From IMG/VR virus record IMGVR_UViG_3300045391_005708, positions 16,759-80,758 of that record: a DNA stretch of 64,000 nucleotides; one strand, 5' to 3'. A model generated the notes under the pieces. That model saw only the letters and a list, made by a program, of their open reading frames with translations, had not been told where the DNA came from and made no database searches. The position numbers were made by a program, and so were the translations under genes. Origin of the DNA: a virus. Its lineage: Duplodnaviria; Caudoviricetes. This document shows, piece after piece, positions 1-8,004 of the stretch (positions are counted from its first letter, which is position 1; the number at the start of each line of letters is the position of its first letter).

Positions 1-2
1 GC

Positions 3-224
3 ACGCAGCACTGCAGCCCCGCGCCCCCGCCGCACGGCAACCCGCCGCCGAAGCACCCGGCCTCGCCGGGCACGCCGACCGTGGTGGACGCCGGGCTCCC
101 TGCGGGCGGGCGGCACGACGACCGGGGCGGCCTCCTGGCCCTCCTGGGCGCGTGCCTGGGCGGCGTCCTCGCGGCCACCGGCCTCACCCTGGCGCACCAG
201 CGCCGCGTGAAGGCGGGCCGCTGA
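3..224 (+). CDS. C-terminal end (5'-truncated) of a cell-wall-sorted surface protein, class F sortase substrate
   Basis: Manual translation: Pro-rich linker, TPTVVDAG(L) motif at 72-95, hydrophobic LLALLGACLGGVLAATGLTLA, basic tail HQRRVKAGR, TGA 222-224; 1 nt before the sortase start. Confidence 0.75.
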   Translation, partial: TQHCSPAPPPHGNPPPKHPASPGTPTVVDAGLPAGGRHDDRGGLLALLGACLGGVLAATGLTLAHQRRVKAGR

Positions 225-225
225 G

Positions 226-810
226 GTGGGGCGCCTGCCCGGTCTCCTCGTCGCCCTCGGGCTGGCTGTCGCGCTGACGACCGCCCTCCCCTGGCTCGTG
301 GACGGCCCCGGGCGGGCGCCCTCCGAGGCGCCTGCGGCCGCGCCCCCGTCGCGGCCGCAGGCGCCGACCTCCCGGCCGCAGGGCGGCCCGACCATCTCCC
401 CGTCCAGCCGCCCCCCGGAGCGGCTGAGGCTGTGGCACTACGACGCCCCCGTGGTGCCCGTCCGGCCGGTCGGCGGCGTGCTCACGCCCCCGGCCGACGC
501 CTCCGTGCTGGGCTGGTGGGGCCGACCGGCCTGCGCCCGGCGCGGCGCCACGCTCCTGACCGGCCACACGGTCGCGGGGACCGGCGGCGAGTTCGGCGAC
601 CTGGCCGACGTTCCCCTCGGCGCGAGGGCCGACGTGTCCGGCTGCCCCTACCGCGTGGCCAGCGTCCGGCAGGTCCCCTTCTCGGGCTGGCGCCCGGGCC
701 TGCTGGCCCCGACCGGCCCGCCCCGCCTCGTGCTCGTCACGTGCTCCGGCTACCGGGGCGGCGGCGTGTACACGCGGAGCACCGTCGTCGTGCTCCGGCC
801 CGCCGCCTGA
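226..810 (+). CDS. class F sortase
   Basis: N-terminal TM anchor, Pro-rich linker, LTPPAD..LGWW, LLTGHT (His), RLVLVTC (Cys), then STVVV. Confidence 0.85.
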   Translation: MGRLPGLLVALGLAVALTTALPWLVDGPGRAPSEAPAAAPPSRPQAPTSRPQGGPTISPSSRPPERLRLWHYDAPVVPVRPVGGVLTPPADASVLGWWGRPACARRGATLLTGHTVAGTGGEFGDLADVPLGARADVSGCPYRVASVRQVPFSGWRPGLLAPTGPPRLVLVTCSGYRGGGVYTRSTVVVLRPAA

Positions 811-821
811 CCCGGGCGGAC

Positions 822-900
822 GGGAAAACCTCGCCAAAGACTTGCGTTTCTGACCTGGACGTGTTATGCTTCTGCCAACAGCACGACCGAGAGGAAACCG
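822..900 (+). promoter_or_regulatory. early-type promoter copy 1 plus conserved RBS
   Basis: TTGCGT 842-847, 17-nt spacer, TATGCT 865-870; ACCGAGAGGAAACCG 886-900; upstream GGAAAACCTCGCC also seen at 51863 and 62872. Confidence 0.8.
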
Positions 901-1140
901 ATGAACGAGAACCTGACCTCGCCCCGCTTCCCCCTCAAGGGGCAGCCCGTGGGCCGCAACCTGTACCCCGTCTACGACGGCGACGCCCTCCTGGGCTTCG
1001 TCGTGAGCCGCGGCCGCATGTGGACCCACGTCGCGGTTGCCGACCCGGCCGACGTGCCGCAGTCGTACGACCTCGTCTTCTCCGCGCCGACCAAGCGCGC
1101 GGCGATGACCAACCTGTCCTCCGCCACCAAGAACGCCTGA
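901..1140 (+). CDS. hypothetical protein (79 aa)
   Basis: Directly behind promoter and RBS; phage-like codon usage. Confidence 0.8.
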   Translation: MNENLTSPRFPLKGQPVGRNLYPVYDGDALLGFVVSRGRMWTHVAVADPADVPQSYDLVFSAPTKRAAMTNLSSATKNA

Positions 1141-1152
1141 GAGGAAACCGAG

Positions 1153-1962
1153 ATGCCCAGAGTCAACACCGTCGACCGAGCCCGCCAGCGCTACGCGATG
1201 GTCCCGAAGACCGACGAGGAGGGCAACGCCCTCTACACCGAGCAGACCAAGAAGGGCAAGACCTTCCGCCGCGCGCTGACCGTGCAGGACCGGACCCGGC
1301 CCCTGCCGAACCTCCGGTGCGACTTCCCCGGCTGCGCGATCGACGGCGGGGAGATCCTGGTCGGCAAGCCGTATAAGTTCATCACGGTCCGGCCCGGCGG
1401 CCGCGGCTCCGTGCAGAAGAACCGGCACCCCGAGCACCCGTCCTGGCAGCCCTGGGAGTACAGCAACAGCGTGCGCGCCGAGGCCGCCCGCCTGGTGCAC
1501 GACATGGGGGAGACGGTCAACTCGTACGAGTTCACCGCCGAGGAGGACTTCGACAGCCTGCGCGACGAGTTGGCCGAGCAGGCCCAGGCGTTCCTGGACG
1601 AGCGCGAGGAGGCCGTGGACAACATGCCCGAGGGGCTCCAGGACGGCTCCGAGGCGGCCGAGTACCGCGACTCCGCCGAGGAGTGGGTCCAGGAGATCGA
1701 GAACGCCGACAGCCCCGACGAGGAGTACCACGCCGAGTGCGAGGACTGCGAGGAGGGCAAGGTCGAGTGCGACAGCGACTTCCACGACGGCACTGACCAG
1801 GGCGAGGAGCAGTGCCCGGAGTGCGGCGGGACCGACACCAACCCCGAGGACGTGGACTGCGCGTCCTGCGACGGCACCGGCCGGACCGAGGAAGTGAACG
1901 AGGACTGGGCCGAGGCCGCCCGCGAGGCGCTGCAGGAGGCGGTCGACTCCCTCCAGATCTGA
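1153..1962 (+). CDS. hypothetical protein, acidic helical core with C-terminal DnaJ-type CxxCxGxG zinc-binding repeats
   Basis: RBS GAGGAAACCGAG; CEDCEEG, CPECGGT, CASCDGTG. Confidence 0.8.
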   Translation: MPRVNTVDRARQRYAMVPKTDEEGNALYTEQTKKGKTFRRALTVQDRTRPLPNLRCDFPGCAIDGGEILVGKPYKFITVRPGGRGSVQKNRHPEHPSWQPWEYSNSVRAEAARLVHDMGETVNSYEFTAEEDFDSLRDELAEQAQAFLDEREEAVDNMPEGLQDGSEAAEYRDSAEEWVQEIENADSPDEEYHAECEDCEEGKVECDSDFHDGTDQGEEQCPECGGTDTNPEDVDCASCDGTGRTEEVNEDWAEAAREALQEAVDSLQI

Positions 1963-1970
1963 CCCTCGAC

Positions 1971-2002
1971 GAGGCCCCCGGAGCGACCGCTCCGGGGGCC
2001 TC
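1971..2002. terminator. bidirectional hairpin terminator between convergent operons
   Basis: Perfect 14-bp stem GAGGCCCCCGGAGC / GCTCCGGGGGCCTC with GACC loop. Confidence 0.8.
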
Positions 2003-2155
2003 TAAAGTTCAGCTGTACTCACTCCGAGAGTGGCCCAGAAACGTACCGCTCTCCGACGCAGGGTCCAAACGACACCGGGGTATCGCCCCCGCCCCCGCGT
2101 CCGGGAGGGCCTAGGCCCTGCGCGACCCTGGTACCGTCCTGGCCCGGCCGTGGGC

Positions 2156-2380
2156 CTACGGTCGGCCTGTGAGCCGGAGCCGCGCCAGGGCGACCAGGAG
2201 GACGACCAGGACGGGCACCAGGACGGACAGCCACGCCTCGTGCCACCACCCCCAGGCCAGGAGCGCGCCCGCGGCCGAGCAGGCGGCCATGCCCACCCGC
2301 CAGGCGACCTCCGCCCAGCAGGTCGGGTCGGACAGGGCCTGCCTCCAGCCCTGGAACTCAGTCGAGACGCTTCGCCACAT
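2156..2380 (-). CDS. small membrane protein
   Basis: 74 aa, two hydrophobic segments, end of lysis-region operon. Confidence 0.6.
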   Translation of the reverse strand: MWRSVSTEFQGWRQALSDPTCWAEVAWRVGMAACSAAGALLAWGWWHEAWLSVLVPVLVVLLVALARLRLTGRP

Positions 2381-2696
2381 GGCCCACCACGTAGTTCCCC
2401 CCGAAGGCGGCCGCCAGGAAGCGCCACCAGTCCGCCGCGTCGCCGGGGCCGCCCGCCAGGAGCAGGAGGGCCAGCCCGGCCAGGCCGACCCAGAAGCCGA
2501 CGCAGAACGGGCACTCCAGGCCGTCGAGGTACCTGGACCACCCGGGCATGTCCTGCGGCCCGCGCCGGTACGCCCGCTTGTTGAGGGGGAGTTGGATCCA
2601 CAACTTCCCCGGGATCAGGTCCGATGTCACGAGCCTGGACACGCGCAGCGTCGCGAGGAGCCACAGGCCCGCGTCGAGCCACCACCAACCGTTCAC
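2358..2696 (-). CDS. DUF1360-like membrane protein
   Basis: GTG at 2696; LATLRVSRLVTSDLI and LECPFCVGFW signatures, hydrophobic. Confidence 0.75.
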   Translation of the reverse strand: MNGWWWLDAGLWLLATLRVSRLVTSDLIPGKLWIQLPLNKRAYRRGPQDMPGWSRYLDGLECPFCVGFWVGLAGLALLLLAGGPGDAADWWRFLAAAFGGNYVVGHVAKRLD

Positions 2697-2707
2697 TTTC
2701 CCACCTT

Positions 2708-3130
2708 TCAGTCCCGCCAGGGCGGGGTCCGCTTGTTGATCCAGAAGGGCCACTTCAGCGCGAGGACCATGCAGCCCAGGCGCACGTACACGCTCCACCA
2801 AGAGGCCCCGACCGGGCGGTCCGGGCTGGGGTCGGCGCCCGGCAGGTAGCCGGAGAGTTGGAGGCCGATGACCGCGCCGACGAGCAGGAGGGCGCACACG
2901 GCGAGCGCGAGCGCGTGGACGAGCGCGGTGCACTCCCTCCAGGTGGTCATGAGCCGGTAGACCAGGCCGCCGAGGGCGACCCCTCCGTAGGCCGACGACA
3001 CCAGGCGCGGGTCGGCCCCGGCCAGGTAGAGTTCCACGGTCAGCGCCACGCCCGCCGCGCAGAGGGCGAAGAACGACAGGCTGAGGGGGCGCCCGCGGTG
3101 CCGCTCCAGCCGCTCCAGCCACCGCGGCAC
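2708..3130 (-). CDS. multi-pass membrane protein
   Basis: 140 aa, about 4 hydrophobic segments. Confidence 0.7.
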   Translation of the reverse strand: MPRWLERLERHRGRPLSLSFFALCAAGVALTVELYLAGADPRLVSSAYGGVALGGLVYRLMTTWRECTALVHALALAVCALLLVGAVIGLQLSGYLPGADPSPDRPVGASWWSVYVRLGCMVLALKWPFWINKRTPPWRD

Positions 3131-3131
3131 G

Positions 3132-3617
3132 TCAGCAGTCCAGCCGCGGGTAGTCGCCGCTGTCGGCCAGGTGCTGGGAGCGGGCCTCGACCCTGCGCAG
3201 GTGCCTCGTCGCGGCGTCGTACGCGGTGAGCGCCTTCTCGAACTCGGGCAGCAGGGAGTCCTGGAACGCCTGGTCCTGGGGGTGCGCGATCGCCTTGACG
3301 AACACGCCGAGCACGTCGTCCACCGCGGCGTCGTGGGCCTTCTTGGCCTCGTCCAGCCTGCCGCGCTGCTCCACCCGGTCGCGGGTGACCTCGGTGAACT
3401 TCTCGGCCCACGCGTTGAGGCACGCGGCCCGGGCCGTCGTGGCGGCCGCCAGCGCCTTGGCGGTGTCCGCCGCGCCGGTCGCCTTCTTGTTCGCCTCGTG
3501 GCCCTGGAGGCCGATGATGATCACGATCACCGACGCGACGATCACGACGGAGGAGAGGAGGAGCCGGAGGCGCGCGACCTCCTGGGCCGCGTCCCTCTCA
3601 GTCTCGGTCTGGCTCAC
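3132..3617 (-). CDS. membrane-anchored helical protein
   Basis: Single N-terminal TM (LLLSSVVIVASVIVIIIGL) then Ala-rich helix. Confidence 0.75.
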   Translation of the reverse strand: MSQTETERDAAQEVARLRLLLSSVVIVASVIVIIIGLQGHEANKKATGAADTAKALAAATTARAACLNAWAEKFTEVTRDRVEQRGRLDEAKKAHDAAVDDVLGVFVKAIAHPQDQAFQDSLLPEFEKALTAYDAATRHLRRVEARSQHLADSGDYPRLDC

Positions 3618-3753
3618 TGTGCCGCCCTCCCGGTCCGCACTCCAGGACCTTCCTGTCGTGCCAGTCCCTCCAGGAGAATCCTACCCAGAGGCCCACGGGG
3701 ACGCCCACCAGGAAGCCGAGCAGGTTGAACGCGACCGACTCGAAGCACACCGC

Positions 3754-3984
3754 TCACGCACCGCCCCCTTCTCCCCGGTCGTCATCTCCGCCGCGCTTCC
3801 GCCGGAGCAGTTCGTCCACCCCGGCGTAGGCGCCCAGCAGTCCCCCCAGGATCACGCTGGTCGGGTAGCCGTCTGGCCCCACGATGACGATATTGTACCC
3901 GAGGAGGAAGAGGAGGCCGAGCACGACGACGGTCGTGACCCAGGGGTGCAGCCCGCCGCTGCCCCGGTGCCGCATCTGCACCAC
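3754..3984 (-). CDS. small two-TM membrane protein (holin-like)
   Basis: Two TM helices, charged C-terminus RRKRGGDDD. Confidence 0.65.
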   Translation of the reverse strand: MVQMRHRGSGGLHPWVTTVVVLGLLFLLGYNIVIVGPDGYPTSVILGGLLGAYAGVDELLRRKRGGDDDRGEGGGA

Positions 3985-4033
3985 GGCCCCGGCCTCCTCT
4001 CCTCGTGTGCCGCAAAGTCTACCGCCCCGGGGC

Positions 4034-4804
4034 TCAGCGGCGCCGGTGCCGGGGCGCCCTGACCTCGAAGGAGCCCTCGCACAGGAAGTGGTCGGAGGCG
4101 AGCGCGAACTCGCTGTCGTCCAGGACGTCGAAGGACGCGCCGCGCACGCGGCCGTCCCCGTTGTAGGAGGCGATCACGTCGATCGACCCGTGGCCGGTGT
4201 CCTGCCAGTCGCCGAGTTCGTCGGCGAGGCTGGTGAACGGGGCGCCCAGGAACGTGTCGAACTCCCGGTCGGGGATGTTCTGGTCGCCGCCGTAGAAGCA
4301 CAGGTCGGTGCCGCGGCCGAACTCCCGGCCGACCTCCCCGACCTTGGCCGCGATTCGCGTGTTGTCGCGGAGGAACCTCCGGTGCGCGGCGTCCCCGCCG
4401 GGTCGGCCCTCGGTCAGGTAGTGGCTCACGAGGACGGTGAGGTCGCTCTGCACGAGTGGCGAGTGGCCGGTCACGCGCAGGACGCCGCGGTCGGCGAACC
4501 GCCCGGCCACGCCGTCCACTACCTTGTACCACTCCTCCTCCACCGGGCCCTCGAACAGGTCCCGGCGGTGGCAGACCCACACGTCGCCCGCGCGGCCCTT
4601 GCGGAACCGCAGGCCGTGGTCCTGGTCGACCGTCGCGAGGGCCTTCCCGAGGACGGACTGGGGTCCCGCCTCGGTGCCGGTGAGCCACCGCCAGCCGCGC
4701 TTCTCGGCGCGGGCGGCCAGGCGCTTCGCGTCGGCGGTCTGCTGGGGCTGGGTGTCCGAGAACTGGCCGGACGAGTGGGCCACGTCCAGGCGGACGGCGG
4801 TCAC
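4034..4804 (-). CDS. endonuclease/exonuclease/phosphatase (EEP) family hydrolase
   Basis: GTG 4804 overlaps holin stop (GTGA); GTEA, SHYL, GGDQN, IDVI and SDH motifs in EEP order. Confidence 0.8.
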   Translation of the reverse strand: MTAVRLDVAHSSGQFSDTQPQQTADAKRLAARAEKRGWRWLTGTEAGPQSVLGKALATVDQDHGLRFRKGRAGDVWVCHRRDLFEGPVEEEWYKVVDGVAGRFADRGVLRVTGHSPLVQSDLTVLVSHYLTEGRPGGDAAHRRFLRDNTRIAAKVGEVGREFGRGTDLCFYGGDQNIPDREFDTFLGAPFTSLADELGDWQDTGHGSIDVIASYNGDGRVRGASFDVLDDSEFALASDHFLCEGSFEVRAPRHRRR

Positions 4805-5043
4805 CCGGCGCCCCCGACGTGCTCCAGGCCCTTGGCCTTGTTGCGGGTCAGGTGCACGGGGACGCCGACCAGGCCGGAGCCGACGATGCCCGCGACGACC
4901 CACTCGCCGAACTCCTTGAGGCTCGTGCCGCCGTCGTCAGCGATCCACGACCCGAGTACGAGGACCACGAAGGTCAGCGCCGCGGCGACGTACGCCTTGG
5001 TGCTGGTCTGCGGGGTGCCCGGGGCGGGGCTGGGTGTGCTCAT
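4801..5043 (-). CDS. putative holin
   Basis: 80 aa, two TMs, TKAYVAAAL...TRNK; RBS AGGAGG; follows last tail gene. Confidence 0.7.
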   Translation of the reverse strand: MSTPSPAPGTPQTSTKAYVAAALTFVVLVLGSWIADDGGTSLKEFGEWVVAGIVGSGLVGVPVHLTRNKAKGLEHVGGAG

Positions 5044-5082
5044 GGTTTCCTCCTGCTGGGGGCGTCTCTGTCGGGTCCCATT

Positions 5083-8004
5083 CTACGCCTTGACGATCAC
5101 GTTCACGGCCATGAAGCCGTGGTAGTTCAGGTTCGCGCCGCCGACGCCGGACGAGGCGGTGTCCCCTCCGTGCGCGTGGCTGCCCAGCACGTCCCCGCTG
5201 ATGTCGGTGACGCGGGTCGCGCTGCCGGTCGCGGCCGTGTTGGTCGCCTTGGTCTGGGACAGCGTGTTGGGGGAGATGGTGTGGGTGTGGGTGTGCTGCA
5301 GGCGGCTCGTGTCGGCTGCCCCCGAGGGGTGGCCGCCCGAGTTGCTGGTCTCGTAGGCGCCGATGGACCCGGCGGCGGTCGGGTCCCCGGTCACGACGCC
5401 GATGGGGAAGCGGCCCCGGAAGTCCGGGAGGTTGAAGGTAGTGCTGCCGTCCCCGCCGCCGAACAACTTGCCGAGCCCGACCGCGCTGAACAGTTGGGCG
5501 TACGTCGTCCTGGACACGGCCGAGCCGTCGCAGAGCAGCCACCCGCTCGGGAGCACGTTGCCGCCGTAGAACGCGAGGGTGCCGGGCGCCACCAGGCTGT
5601 CGGCCCTCGCCGCCCCGGCGCCGTCGAAGAACGTCATGGGGACGGTCGGCTCCGCCGACCGCATGGCCGTGGACTGCAGCGACGAGGGCGCCACGCCGGA
5701 GGGGAACGGCGTGCCCGCGTTCGGGCTGCCCGCCGTGAGGCCGGACAGGTCTGCGAGGGTGGCGGACCACGTGGAGGGCGAGAACAGTCGGTAGCCCGCC
5801 CACGAGGCGCCGCCCGTGGTCGAGCAGTACAGCCTCACGCTGTCGGCCTTGTCCGTGTGCCCGGGGTTGGTGTCGGTCGCGTCCGGCGGGGGCGGGACGG
5901 TCAGGACGAGGTACGTCCTCGCGGGCCAGGTGACCGCGTTGGACGGCCCGGCCGCCGTCTCGTGCTTGCCGCCCGTGGCGTTCTCGTCCGCCCAGGCGTG
6001 CTCCGCCGTCAGCGTCGCCTGCGCGGTGCTCAGGCCGTGCTTGTAGAGGCGGCCGTTCCTGGCCAGGCCCGCCATGCGCCCGTTGGTCGCGTCGAAGGCG
6101 ACGCCGCTCATGACGTTGTTGGCGGCCCGGGGGAAGTCCTGGGTGGCGTTCCGGGTCGGGTTGGTGGACGAGCCCGCGGGCAGCGACCACGCGAGGACGT
6201 TGTTGTTGCCGCTGACCTGGGTGTTCCTCAGCGCCACGTAGATCCGGCTGGTGCCCGTGCCGTCCGCGCCGATCCAGGCGCCGCCGATCCCCGTGCGGCC
6301 GCCCGGGTTCGTGATCAGGGTGCGGTCCGTGCCGGTCTGCGCGGACAGGTCCGGGAGGAACCAGCGCAGCAGGAGGTCCGTGGTGCCGACCTGCCAGAAC
6401 ATGCCGAGGCGGTTGTTCACCGTGTCGAACGCGATCCTCGGCTCGTAGCCGCTGAAGGCGGTCGGCCCGCCGATCCTCCACTCGCTCAACTTGTTGAACG
6501 ACGAGCCGCCGCCCGCCCCGTTCTGGATGCGGTAGATGTACCAGTCGCCGCCCCGGTCGTAGTCCTGGCCGAGGAGGTAGTAGCAGTTCCCGACCGGGTC
6601 CGTCGCGATGCCGCCGTGCGCCTCGAAGTTCTGCTGCCACGCCTTGCTCGCGCCGTTGCGGGCCTCGATCAGGAAGCCGGTGCCGCTCGACGCGTCCCGG
6701 TGGACGTTGAGGATGACCGAGCCGGACGCGCCGTTCGACAGGCCGGACAGGCCCCAGAGGGTGCCCGCGATGACGAACCAGTTGGCGTCGTCGATCTGGG
6801 GCGCCATGCCCGCGAAGTAGAACGAGCGGTCCGAGCCGTCCGTGTAGAGCCCGGTCTGGTAGTTCAGCCAGGTCGTGCTGATGCCCGGCTTGCTGTTCGG
6901 CGCCTGGACCCCGTTCGAGAGTTGGATCGCGCCGTAGATCGTGCCGCCGCCCTTGATGGTCAGGTTCCCGTCGACCTCCAGGGTGTTGGCCACCACGTCC
7001 GCCGTGATGGAGATGGCCGACCCGTCCGCGGGGATCCTCAGCGCGGCGCCTCCGAGGACCTGGATGCCGGTGTTCGAGTCGATGGTGATGTTGTCGCCGA
7101 CCTGGATCGACCCGAGGAGGGCGAAGCCCGCGACCAGTTGGGCCGCGACCACGGTGTCGATGTTCTCCAGGTTGAGGGCGCCGGTCACGGTCGGCGAGGG
7201 GGCGGGCGCGTAGCCCAGGGAGTTGTGCGCGTACGTCGCGACGAAGTACGTCGTGTTGGGCACGAGGGACGTGCCGTCCGGCAGGTGGTCCACGACGGTC
7301 ACCTGGCTGGACGTGTCCACGAACAGCGTGGAGGCGTCTCCGGGAGTGGGGACGTAGGTCGGGCCGTGGACGCCGCCGACCGCCGTGTCGTCCTGCCAGA
7401 CGTGGATCTCGCGCGTGGCGGCCTCGTCGATCGGGAGCGCCGCGGTCTGCACGACCAGGCTTGCGTTCGTGCCGGTGACGGAGATGATCGCCGGGCTGCC
7501 CGCGGGGACGCTGGTCGGGGTCAGGATGGTGCTGAGGTCCGGCGGCACGTAGGACGACTGGGGGATCAGCATCTCGGCCCCGGGGATGTCCTCGATGCCG
7601 GACAGGTCGTCGTACAGGTCGACGGGGATCGGGGGCTCGTACGCCCTCTCCTCCAGGAAGCCGCGGTCGTGGAACGTCACCGGGACCTCGATCGGCTCCT
7701 CCGCGTTGGGGAGCAGGACCTCCGCCCACCACTCTTGGGCGGGGGAGCCGCCCGCGTCCGGCACGAGGGGCGTGGCCACGTCGTACGCGGCCGCCAGGGT
7801 CCCGGCCAGGGTGACGACGTTCGTCGTGTAGTCCACGGCGTTGACGCCCATCGGGACGGCGCCGTCGAGCCAGATGGTGTCGCCGGGGGAGATGTCCGAG
7901 GCGTCCAGGGCCGTGACGGAGGACGCGCCGGACGGGGCCGCGGCGCTCGTCTCGGTGCCGACCCAGTGCGCCCTGACCTCGGTGAGGAGGCCGTTCTCAG
8001 CCAC
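5083..8004 (-). CDS. minor tail protein with C-terminal tail-collar domain
   Basis: PGTLAFYGG..LPSGWLLCDGSAVSRTTYAQLFSAVG..GDGSTTFNLPDFRGRFPIG collar signature. Confidence 0.85.
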   Translation of the reverse strand: MAENGLLTEVRAHWVGTETSAAAPSGASSVTALDASDISPGDTIWLDGAVPMGVNAVDYTTNVVTLAGTLAAAYDVATPLVPDAGGSPAQEWWAEVLLPNAEEPIEVPVTFHDRGFLEERAYEPPIPVDLYDDLSGIEDIPGAEMLIPQSSYVPPDLSTILTPTSVPAGSPAIISVTGTNASLVVQTAALPIDEAATREIHVWQDDTAVGGVHGPTYVPTPGDASTLFVDTSSQVTVVDHLPDGTSLVPNTTYFVATYAHNSLGYAPAPSPTVTGALNLENIDTVVAAQLVAGFALLGSIQVGDNITIDSNTGIQVLGGAALRIPADGSAISITADVVANTLEVDGNLTIKGGGTIYGAIQLSNGVQAPNSKPGISTTWLNYQTGLYTDGSDRSFYFAGMAPQIDDANWFVIAGTLWGLSGLSNGASGSVILNVHRDASSGTGFLIEARNGASKAWQQNFEAHGGIATDPVGNCYYLLGQDYDRGGDWYIYRIQNGAGGGSSFNKLSEWRIGGPTAFSGYEPRIAFDTVNNRLGMFWQVGTTDLLLRWFLPDLSAQTGTDRTLITNPGGRTGIGGAWIGADGTGTSRIYVALRNTQVSGNNNVLAWSLPAGSSTNPTRNATQDFPRAANNVMSGVAFDATNGRMAGLARNGRLYKHGLSTAQATLTAEHAWADENATGGKHETAAGPSNAVTWPARTYLVLTVPPPPDATDTNPGHTDKADSVRLYCSTTGGASWAGYRLFSPSTWSATLADLSGLTAGSPNAGTPFPSGVAPSSLQSTAMRSAEPTVPMTFFDGAGAARADSLVAPGTLAFYGGNVLPSGWLLCDGSAVSRTTYAQLFSAVGLGKLFGGGDGSTTFNLPDFRGRFPIGVVTGDPTAAGSIGAYETSNSGGHPSGAADTSRLQHTHTHTISPNTLSQTKATNTAATGSATRVTDISGDVLGSHAHGGDTASSGVGGANLNYHGFMAVNVIVKA

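Noticed and set aside
810-842. Prophage attachment site between sortase and first promoter
   Set aside because: No integrase, tRNA or direct repeat seen; cannot be fully excluded without flanking sequence.
184-1785. 533-aa minus-strand ORF
   Set aside because: Overlaps the sortase and two promoter-driven genes on the opposite strand and runs through the promoter.
2003-2155. Possible tRNA or ncRNA in the gap after the terminator
   Set aside because: No cloverleaf, T-loop or CCA could be built.
3132-3617. Spanin call for the TM plus coiled-coil protein
   Set aside because: No lipoprotein partner with a lipobox found, and the host is probably monoderm.
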